A DNA stretch of 64,000 nucleotides, taken from contig CAWHDT010000005.1 in the NCBI GenBank assembly GCA_963828195.1, positions 352,001 through 416,000 on the forward strand, written 5' to 3'. This stretch comes from Candidatus Bathyarchaeota archaeon. Lineage in GTDB: Archaea; Thermoproteota; Bathyarchaeia; Bathyarchaeales; Bathycorpusculaceae. Position 1 is the stretch's first letter. Every line of letters begins with the position of its first letter. The position numbers were made by a program, and so were the translations under genes. Under the pieces are notes generated by a model that did no database searches, had not been told where the DNA came from, and saw only the letters and a program-made list of their open reading frames with translations. Shown one piece after another: positions 9,671 to 17,516 of this stretch.

Positions 9671-11137
9671 ATGGAAAAAAATGATTCCGTGAAAAAAGCC
9701 ACAGAGAGCCTAAAAACCAACAATGTTAGGTGGGTGCATTCCGCCTTCGTTGATATTCGTGGAATACTGCAAGACATGGTGCTCCCGGCAAGGGATTATC
9801 TTAGCGGCGAAGCATTTACTGCAGGAGTGGGTTTTGACGGTTCTTCTGTTAGAGGCTTCAAATCCATTGAAGAATCAGACATGATTTTCATGCCTGACGC
9901 AAAAACCCTATCAATAATGCCTTGGGTCACCGATGAAAAGCAAAAAAGTGCTATAATTCTCGGAGACGTCTACGAAGCATTCGGGGGAAAAGAGCCATCA
10001 GTCGTTGACCCAAGAAGCTTTGCAGCAAAAAGAGCCGTAGCAGAAGCCAAAGCAATGGGTTACACAGGATTCTTCGCTCCCGAACTGGAGTTCTTCGTCT
10101 TTTCCTCAATTGACCCAACTAAACTCACTTGGGATCTTTGGGCAGCTCCAAAAAGTGGCGAAGGAGACGCGTGGGGAGCCCCAAGAGTGGTACCTCAGTC
10201 ACCAGAAATTACGCCAGGTAATTACGTGATAAGACCAAAGGAAGCATACTACAGAACCCCGCCCGAAGACACAACCGTCGAATTCAGGAATGAGGTTTCG
10301 CAAGTCCTAGAAGATGACTTTGGATTAACCATTGAAAAGCATCACCATGAGGTAGCCACCGTTGGTCAAGTGGAAATTGACTACAAATACGGAGAACTCT
10401 TAGATACGGCGGATAGGGCGATGTACTACAAATTTGTTGCCAAAAACATCGCTCACAAACATGGCTTAATTGCAACTTTCATGCCAAAACCAGTTTACCT
10501 TGACAATGCAAGCGGGATGCACGTACACCAGTCGATATGGTCTGGAGGAAAAACCGCCATGTACGATGAAGCAGACGGATACGCTGAGCTAAGCCAAACT
10601 GGAAGATACTACGTTGGAGGCCTTTTGGAGCATGCAAAAGCCTTAACCGCGGTCTGCTGCCCAACGGTAAGCTCCTATAAGCGTCTTGTACCAGGTTTTG
10701 AAGCGCCGATTTACGTAGTTTGGTCTAGACGTAACAGGTCAGCATTAGCCCGCATACCAATGTACTACAAAGGACCAGAGTTTGCAGCACAAAAAAGAGT
10801 CGAGTACCGAGGAGTAGACCCTTCATGCAACCCCTACTTGGCGTTTGCATGCCTCTTGACGGCCGGGCTTGATGGCGTCAAAAAGAAGATAGACCCCGGC
10901 GACCCAGTTGACGAAGACATCTACAAGTTATCTCCACAAAAACGCAAATCCCTCGGCATCAAAGAACTCCCAACCACGCTTAAGGACGCATTGGAAGAGC
11001 TAAAAAGCGACGAAGTACTTCAAAAGGCACTTGGAAGCCACATATTCGACGCCTTTATAGATCTTAAAACCAACGATTGGAACCAGTACTGCCTCTACGT
11101 GTCACCATGGGAGATAATGAAATACCTTGACTACTAA
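9671..11137 (+). CDS. glnA: Glutamine synthetase type I
   Basis: FDGSS, ESDM, PELEFF, HHEVA, TFMPKP, SGMHVHQS, SYKRLVPGFEAP, RNRS, NPYLA. Confidence 0.97.
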   Translation: MEKNDSVKKATESLKTNNVRWVHSAFVDIRGILQDMVLPARDYLSGEAFTAGVGFDGSSVRGFKSIEESDMIFMPDAKTLSIMPWVTDEKQKSAIILGDVYEAFGGKEPSVVDPRSFAAKRAVAEAKAMGYTGFFAPELEFFVFSSIDPTKLTWDLWAAPKSGEGDAWGAPRVVPQSPEITPGNYVIRPKEAYYRTPPEDTTVEFRNEVSQVLEDDFGLTIEKHHHEVATVGQVEIDYKYGELLDTADRAMYYKFVAKNIAHKHGLIATFMPKPVYLDNASGMHVHQSIWSGGKTAMYDEADGYAELSQTGRYYVGGLLEHAKALTAVCCPTVSSYKRLVPGFEAPIYVVWSRRNRSALARIPMYYKGPEFAAQKRVEYRGVDPSCNPYLAFACLLTAGLDGVKKKIDPGDPVDEDIYKLSPQKRKSLGIKELPTTLKDALEELKSDEVLQKALGSHIFDAFIDLKTNDWNQYCLYVSPWEIMKYLDY

Positions 11138-11170
11138 AACTAAATGAGCTAAAAAAAAGAAGAACCGAAC

Positions 11171-12151
11171 ATGGCACCAAACAAATCTGAATATGAGAAA
11201 CTGCTTCCAGAAATTCGGGCTCTAACAGACAAAGTGGTCATGCAAAATATGGCTGACGGAATTCTATTCTCAGCTGGAGTCAACACAAGCGTAATTGCCT
11301 ATCACGCAGTCAAATACAAACCTAAAATACCCACTTTGACCATGTCTTTCAAGCATGGCCAACCCAAAGACACTGAATACGTTAAAAAAATGGTGGATTT
11401 CCTCCACCTTCAACATGAATTCCACAGTTTTGACCGCGCCGACATAGTTGCTTCAGTCGAGCAAATTGTTCAGGTCCTAAAGATTTTTGACCCCATGGAA
11501 ATAAGAAACTGTGTTTCGGTTTACATTGGCTTAACTATTGCAAAGATTGAAGGCATAAAAAGCGTTTTCACAGGAGATGGAGTAGATGAGCTTTTCGGTT
11601 ATCCTTGGATGTGGCGCCTATCTGATACTGAACTGACGAAAAAATTCGAGGACATGTGGGGAGAAATGGCTTTCTCTTCTATTCCCATGGGCAAATCATT
11701 AGGCGTTGAAGTGAAGCCGCCTTTTCTTGACTCTAAGTTCATGGAGTACGCAAAGAAACTGCCTAACTATTTGAAGATCAACGAAGAAAACGGCGTGAAA
11801 TACAGCAAATGGATTCTTCGCAAAGCATATGAAGATCTGATTCCAAAAGAAGTAATTTGGCGACCGAAAGCACCATTGGAACAAGGAACTGGCACTACAG
11901 TTCTCACAGATTACTTTGGCAAGGAAATTTCAGACACAGAGTTTGCTGAGAGGCGAAAGCTGATCCTCGAGAAAGATGATGTTTTCATAACAAGCAAAGA
12001 ACAGCTGCTATACTACGACCTTTTCAGAAAACACTTCGCAAAACCATCAAGCGTCTACAGTGAAAAAATAGGCAGGCAATGTCCCAAATGTAAAAGCTAT
12101 GTGAAAACGGAGCTTGGATTCTGCAAGGTTTGCGGGAATTACCCCATTTAA
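11171..12151 (+). CDS. Asparagine-synthetase C-terminal-domain protein with C-terminal zinc ribbon (no glutaminase domain)
   Basis: TGDGVDELFGY, PFLD, KWILR, WRPK; CPKC-x10-CKVC tail; variant PP-loop SAGVNT. Confidence 0.85.
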   Translation: MAPNKSEYEKLLPEIRALTDKVVMQNMADGILFSAGVNTSVIAYHAVKYKPKIPTLTMSFKHGQPKDTEYVKKMVDFLHLQHEFHSFDRADIVASVEQIVQVLKIFDPMEIRNCVSVYIGLTIAKIEGIKSVFTGDGVDELFGYPWMWRLSDTELTKKFEDMWGEMAFSSIPMGKSLGVEVKPPFLDSKFMEYAKKLPNYLKINEENGVKYSKWILRKAYEDLIPKEVIWRPKAPLEQGTGTTVLTDYFGKEISDTEFAERRKLILEKDDVFITSKEQLLYYDLFRKHFAKPSSVYSEKIGRQCPKCKSYVKTELGFCKVCGNYPI

Positions 12152-12212
12152 TTCTCCTTTTTTTGGAAACTATCTTAAAATATATCTTTCAGATTTTTTA
12201 GACGGTGGACTT

Positions 12213-13886
12213 ATGTGTGGAATAGTTGGGATCTTTAATTTGACTGAACCAGTCTCTAGTGCACGGGACAAGGCGCTTAGGATGGCTGCTAAGATAAGGC
12301 ATAGAGGTCCAGACTGGAGTGGCATTTACAGTGATGATAAGGCAATTCTTGCTCATGAAAGACTCTCAATCGTTGACGTTGAACATGGTGCACAACCCTT
12401 GTTCGACAAGCTTAATGGTAACGTTCTGGCTGTGAACGGCGAAATTTACAACCACTTGCTTCTTCGTAATGAATTGAAAAAAAACCATTTGTGGCAGACA
12501 AAATCAGACTGCGAAGTAATCCTGTATCTCTACGATGAGTATGGCCCAGAGTTTTTGAACATGCTAAACGGCATGTTTGCTTTCATCCTCTATGACAAGA
12601 CAAAAGGGCAGTATTTCATTGCGAGAGACCACATTGGAATCATTCCGCTGTACGTAGGGTGGAATAACAAAGGAACTTTTTATGTAGCCAGCGAAATGAA
12701 AGCCCTAAATGATTATTGTACCAATGTCAAAGAGTTCCCTCCGGGACATTATCTAAATGGTAAAGGGAAAGATTTCGTTAGGTGGTATAAACCTGAGTGG
12801 GCTGAGAAAATTCCAACAAAAAAACTTGTTCTTCCAGACTTGAGAAAAGCATTGGAGAAGTCGGTGAAAGGACAAATGATGTCGGACGTGCCCTACGGCG
12901 TTCTTATCTCGGGCGGACTCGATTCTTCGCTAATAGCTGCTATCGCTTCGAAGTTCAGAAAGAAGAGGGTTGAATCTGGCGACAAAGAGGAAGCATGGTG
13001 GCCACGTTTGCACTCATTCGCAGTGGGTTTGACGGACTCGCCTGACCTGAAATACGCAAAGAAGGTTGCCGACTACATTGGAACCGTGCATCATGAAATA
13101 ATTTTCACTATACAGGAAGGTTTTGACGCGATAGAGGATGTAATCTACCATTTGGAAACATTTGATGTTACCACTATTCGTGCTGCTACACCGATGTATT
13201 TGATGGCTAGAAAAATAAAATCTATGGGTATCAAAATGGTCTTATCCGGTGAAGGCGCAGACGAAGTATTTGGCGGATACCTGTATTTCCATAAAGCACC
13301 AAATAAACAGGAATTCTACGAAGAAACAGTAAGAAAACTATTCTTGCTAAGCAAATATGATTGCCTGCGAGCAAACAAAGCAACCGCTGCTTGGGGCGTT
13401 GAAACACGGGTGCCTTTTTTAGATAAGGAGTTTTTGGATTTTGCCATGGGCTTTGATCCACAAGAGAAAATGTGCTCAGGTGGCAAAATCGAAAAATATG
13501 TGTTGAGAAAAGCGTTTGAAGGCTACATTCCTGACGAGATTCTTTGGAGACAAAAAGAGCAGTTCTCCGACGGCGTTGGCTACGGATGGATAGACTACCT
13601 CAAAAAATACGCCGAAAGCGCAGTAACAGATGCAATGATGGCGAACGCTAAACTTAAGTTCTCTACACAAACGCCATCATCAAAAGAGGAATATTACTAC
13701 AGACAGATATTTGACAGCTACTTTACATGTCCCACTGCCGCATTAACTGTTCCTGTGGGTCCAACAATTGCCTGTTCCACCCCAACGGCCTTCAGATGGA
13801 GCAAAGAATTTGCAAAAATGGCCGACCCATCAGGCAGATCCGTCAAAGAACACAACCAAACATTAACCGAAAACAAGAAACAATAA
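12213..13886 (+). CDS. asnB: Asparagine synthase (glutamine-hydrolysing), bacterial AsnB type
   Basis: N-terminal MCGI, HRGPD, HERLSIVD, NGEIYN, SGGLDS, WWPRLHSF, SGEGADE, WRQKEQFSDGVG. Confidence 0.96.
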   Translation: MCGIVGIFNLTEPVSSARDKALRMAAKIRHRGPDWSGIYSDDKAILAHERLSIVDVEHGAQPLFDKLNGNVLAVNGEIYNHLLLRNELKKNHLWQTKSDCEVILYLYDEYGPEFLNMLNGMFAFILYDKTKGQYFIARDHIGIIPLYVGWNNKGTFYVASEMKALNDYCTNVKEFPPGHYLNGKGKDFVRWYKPEWAEKIPTKKLVLPDLRKALEKSVKGQMMSDVPYGVLISGGLDSSLIAAIASKFRKKRVESGDKEEAWWPRLHSFAVGLTDSPDLKYAKKVADYIGTVHHEIIFTIQEGFDAIEDVIYHLETFDVTTIRAATPMYLMARKIKSMGIKMVLSGEGADEVFGGYLYFHKAPNKQEFYEETVRKLFLLSKYDCLRANKATAAWGVETRVPFLDKEFLDFAMGFDPQEKMCSGGKIEKYVLRKAFEGYIPDEILWRQKEQFSDGVGYGWIDYLKKYAESAVTDAMMANAKLKFSTQTPSSKEEYYYRQIFDSYFTCPTAALTVPVGPTIACSTPTAFRWSKEFAKMADPSGRSVKEHNQTLTENKKQ

Positions 13887-14078
13887 TCCAAACTCTCACC
13901 CCAACACGAATGGATCGATGGAATTTTCTCTTGCCTCATTAATTGCTGTCAAAAACGATTAACTTTAGCAACCGCCTGTTTCACTAATTCTTTCGATGTT
14001 CTATAAAAACTATTTTCGTTTTATCTGCTGAAAAGTTAAAAAAAGTTTGAAGTTTTTATAAGTTTCGTGCCCTTGAAG

Positions 14079-14321
14079 CTACATCGGTAATAGCACAATG
14101 GAGGTTTCTGTTCGGATGACGTTGGGGTCTTTTTCAATTATTTTGTAAACGACTTGGTTTATGTCTTCAAGTTCTGGAGCTTCCAAAATTATTATTGCGT
14201 CGTATCGACCGAAGATGGCATCCGCAGATAATATGCAGGTTCCTTTGACTTTGCCTTTTATTCTTTTAACGACTTCTAATGATGTACCTGGTTTGGTGCT
14301 TAATAATATGTAGGCTTTCAA
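14079..14321 (-). CDS. Stand-alone Lrp/AsnC ligand-binding (RAM) domain protein
   Basis: 80 aa, KAYILL ... IFGRYDAII ... IRTETSIV; no HTH. Confidence 0.85.
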   Translation of the reverse strand: MKAYILLSTKPGTSLEVVKRIKGKVKGTCILSADAIFGRYDAIIILEAPELEDINQVVYKIIEKDPNVIRTETSIVLLPM

Positions 14322-14419
14322 TTTTTTTTACCTCTTCGTTTTTAAATACCTGATTAAAGAATAAAGTAAGTAATCTTTTTTCCACACATATAAATCTTGT
14401 TTAGACATATGTTTAACTT

Positions 14420-14458
14420 TTAAGAATAAATATGAACAAAGCACAACTATATTTAAAT
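14420..14458 (+). promoter_or_regulatory. Operator + TATA box, copy 6
   Basis: TTAAGAA-TAA-ATATGAA-CA, 13 nt, TTTAAAT. Confidence 0.65.
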
Positions 14459-14501
14459 TCAGCTATACATCCATCTCATCATAAAATAAAATGGTGAAAA
14501 A

Positions 14502-14561
14502 ATGTTTGGAATAATTGATATGGCTTCAATAGGCATGATCTTAGAACACAGGGGGGATTAA
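14502..14561 (+). pseudogene. Truncated paralog of the MFGIID small membrane protein
   Basis: GGTGAAAAAATGTTTGGAATAATTGATATGGCTTCAATA nearly identical to the reverse complement of 9259-9296; stops after 19 codons. Confidence 0.55.
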
Positions 14562-14588
14562 GCAGCGAATAGGCAAGAGGCAGTTTCG

Positions 14589-14795
14589 TTGTTGAAGGAA
14601 TTAATGACTGATTGTGACTCATTCCATACCGCCAAAGCTGTTTCGGTAGAATCTAACAGGGCAGACGATAATTGGCAACTTAATCTTAGCTGGGTGCCTT
14701 ACCCAACAGAAAACGAGTGCCTCAAAAAAATCGTTACTGAGCACGGTTTAGAAATGCTAACGTCAAATGAAAGAACAATTTTTCGCTCAGTCTAA
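14589..14795 (+). CDS. Small hypothetical protein (frame open from 14562, NRQEAVSLLKEL)
   Basis: Plausible 68-78 aa ORF, in frame with 14502-14561 across a single TAA. Confidence 0.5.
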   Translation: MLKELMTDCDSFHTAKAVSVESNRADDNWQLNLSWVPYPTENECLKKIVTEHGLEMLTSNERTIFRSV

Positions 14796-15141
14796 CGCTT
14801 TTTTTGAAATTGGTTTTATAACCCGCGAGGTTAACCTTGATAAACGACTCGAGTTTCTATTTAAAAGATATAGTTTCAATAGCGTTTTTTCAAATCTCGT
14901 TTATTGAGGGTTTATACCAACTTTCGGCTGACAACCTCTTTCTCATGTTCAGCAAGATGACGCGCATCCGAATATACCTAAAAAAAAGTTTATTTTAATA
15001 ATTGCGTAGTTACGGGATTCAACCGCTATTTTTTCTGGTTCTGATGGATGAGTTTTAAATAGAACTTGACTTTTCCGTTTTTCTTTAAAGTCCTTCGAAG
15101 ATAGAATCTTAATCAAAGATGATTTAGCACCTCAAATGGAA

Positions 15142-15168
15142 CGGCCCGATGGAATTTGAACCCATCAC
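15142..15168 (-). other. tRNA 3'-half remnant (att-like)
   Basis: Minus strand GATGG-GTTCAAAT-TCCATC-GGGCCG = T-arm plus acceptor 3' strand; no 5' half. Confidence 0.5.
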
Positions 15169-15454
15169 TTGCAGCCTTTCATATTTTTCTGCAGACAGCT
15201 TTGGTTTAGATGACAATTCAGCGCCTTGCAATCTCTCGAAACATTTGTTCCCAATTTGAAATTTCACTTTATTTTTGGTGCAAGAAAAAACCACTTGTTA
15301 AACAAAGAATTTAACTTGTCGGAGAAAGCCGCTTGCGAGACAAAATCTCGCCTAATAAGCTATTTGCGCCTAAAAACATCCACAAAAAGAAACAGGAAGA
15401 AGAAGAAGAAAAATTGTTTTCACCAGCTTCTTCTTCTTTTAAAAAAATATCGCC

Positions 15455-15508
15455 GAGAAGAACAACATTTGAATTTCGGGTGTTGTTGTTCTTTCAAAAT
15501 TCAAAATT
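15455..15508 (+). repeat. 54-bp hairpin repeat, copy A
   Basis: 50/54 identical to the reverse complement of 52946-52999; internal stem AAGAACAACA/TGTTGTTCTT. Confidence 0.8.
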
Positions 15509-15780
15509 AATGACAAAATTCCGCTACAAAGAGCGACACGCGACAACATAAAATGGAGCTTATATCGCTCTGGAACAGCTCCGAGTTTTAAGGGTACAAT
15601 TTGGGTATACGTGTCAGTGACCTAAGTTGAACCCGTGTGCTGAGGCTAAGTGGGCAGATTCGGGGCAGCTACAATGGCGCTGGTATATATGAATGTCAAC
15701 CTAAAATTTTAGGTCTAAATAGCACACTGGAGCCTAAAACACCGGTCACTGTGCAGGTTCTAAGCCAATTTAGAAAGCAT

Positions 15781-16260
15781 CTATTTTAGTTTCTTTACTG
15801 ATTCGTTGGCTTTTTCAAGCTCTTTTCTTTTCTGCGCTTGATAACTCTTAACTTTCTCAGCCATCTCGGCATCGCTAAGCGCAAAAATTTTCGCAACCGC
15901 AATCGCCGCTCCTTCAGGCTCAATTGTAACCACGGAGCCTATGCCGCTTGGTACTCTTAGCGAGGAGACGATGTCTGCTCCGCCGAATTTCTCGCTGTAA
16001 GGTGGGCATGCGATGACTGGTTTGGAGGTGTTGCCGTCTATGAATGCGCTCAGCGCGTTTGAGCGTCCTGCGACGGTGACGTAGACTATTTTTTCGTTTT
16101 CGGATTCTTTTATTATTTCAATGACTTTCTCGGGGTTTTTGTGTGCAGAAGCAACTCGGAACTCGTAGCTGACGCCTAAAAGCTTTAGGTATTTGGCTAT
16201 TTCTCGGGAAAAATCCAGATCCCGCTCGGAACCCATAACAATTAACGCTTTTCCAGACAT
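15781..16260 (-). CDS. purE: AIR carboxylase / N5-CAIR mutase family
   Basis: VMGSERD, ASAHK, AGRSNAL, PVIACP, SSLRVPSG. Confidence 0.9.
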   Translation of the reverse strand: MSGKALIVMGSERDLDFSREIAKYLKLLGVSYEFRVASAHKNPEKVIEIIKESENEKIVYVTVAGRSNALSAFIDGNTSKPVIACPPYSEKFGGADIVSSLRVPSGIGSVVTIEPEGAAIAVAKIFALSDAEMAEKVKSYQAQKRKELEKANESVKKLK

Positions 16261-16358
16261 AACCGGTTTCCCAATAAACAAACAAAAAACAAGCTAATTA
16301 ACTAAACTGTTTAAACAGCTTCGATAAAACTAACTACCCCCGTTTTTCAAAGAAAAGC

Positions 16359-16847
16359 CTAAGCAAGCAAACCGAGCAAAATCTTCGTTAAACGTTCGGT
16401 AGCCGCTTGAACTTCAGCGGTTAAGCCTTCACCGAACTCTACGCTTTTCGGTTCAATTAATAGTAACGCAATTTTTGCTCCAGTTGCCTGCTTGACGTAA
16501 TCGCAGAAAATCCGCAGAGGCAGATAATGCGTTGTAATAGCCGAAAAATCCGTGAACTTTTCAGCGTCCACAAGGCTGGCTTCCCCAGGCTTTAAACCTA
16601 CAAAGGCAGCGTCAATCAACAGCACATGCGAAGGATGAAACTCCTCTATTTCTAGCAGGTAGCTTTCGGGAACCGTTTCGGCCTCCAGTAGAAGAACAGT
16701 TTCTGGCAACTTACCTTGCAGTTGCTCAACGACTTTCAATCCTACATAATCGTCTAAGCGTATGGGGTTGCCTATTCCAGCTATGACAGTTTTCTTGGCG
16801 TCTGCAAACCAGTTTTTGAGCTTTTTTTCGATTTCCTCAGGCATCAA
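16359..16847 (-). CDS. hycI: Hydrogenase maturation endopeptidase
   Basis: GIGNPIRLDDYVG, ETVPE, IDAA, TTH; downstream of mvhA. Confidence 0.9.
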   Translation of the reverse strand: MMPEEIEKKLKNWFADAKKTVIAGIGNPIRLDDYVGLKVVEQLQGKLPETVLLLEAETVPESYLLEIEEFHPSHVLLIDAAFVGLKPGEASLVDAEKFTDFSAITTHYLPLRIFCDYVKQATGAKIALLLIEPKSVEFGEGLTAEVQAATERLTKILLGLLA

Positions 16848-16924
16848 CGCACCAGCACAATTGAATTAAGGCTTAAAGATAGAAAAAGTTTACCACAGCT
16901 ACATCATGAAAGCTTTAGAGCCGA

Positions 16925-17398
16925 CTAATTGTGGGTTAATGTTTGGCACCACGTAGCGATTTGCTTTTCAGATGCCTCTTTATCAGCCAAAGGGCTGATC
17001 ATCGAGAGTTCGCCGATGCAGGTGGAGTTCGGCATCAAAGCTTTAGTCTGCTCAATACCCTGAGGTTTTTTCCCTCCCTGTGCAAAGAAAACAGCAACCT
17101 TCTTGCCCGAAAAGTCGTTTTTCTTCAAGTAAGTGCGAATGGCAGGGGTTGGTTGACCAGCCCAGACAGGAGTCCCAACGATTACTAAGTCGTAGGCGGC
17201 AGGTAACTTCGCGGTTGGAGCTATCTTGGTTCCTTTGCCAAATCTAGCAGCAAAACCGCTGCTGAGAAAACCGAATGTGCCACTTCGTTTTTTCAGGTTG
17301 ACAACTTCTTCGATGTCAGCACCGACCTCCGCCGCTATGGTTTCAGCGACGAAGCGTGCGTTGCCGGTTCGCGAATAGTAAACGACAAGACTCTTCAA
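16925..17398 (-). CDS. Flavodoxin
   Basis: VVYYSRTGNA, VGTPVWAG, GKKVAVF. Confidence 0.88.
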   Translation of the reverse strand: MKSLVVYYSRTGNARFVAETIAAEVGADIEEVVNLKKRSGTFGFLSSGFAARFGKGTKIAPTAKLPAAYDLVIVGTPVWAGQPTPAIRTYLKKNDFSGKKVAVFFAQGGKKPQGIEQTKALMPNSTCIGELSMISPLADKEASEKQIATWCQTLTHN

Positions 17399-17516
17399 TT
17401 TTATTTCCAACCAATAGAGCGTATTGAAAAGCATTTGCTTATAAAATTTGCCTCGAATAAAATGTAGCCATCATTCAAATAAACAAAAAAAGATTGCCCG
17501 TGAAAAAAGGGCTAAA

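Noticed and set aside
11171-12151. Lasso-peptide cyclase interpretation
   Set aside because: No B1/B2 (RRE/transglutaminase-like peptidase) genes or lasso-type precursor nearby.
15396-15508. CRISPR array
   Set aside because: Only two dissimilar hairpins, no regular repeat-spacer period, and no cas genes in the window.
15226-15551. Overlapping ORFs with poly-Lys/poly-Glu runs
   Set aside because: They are translations of the GAA/TTC hairpin repeats, not credible genes.
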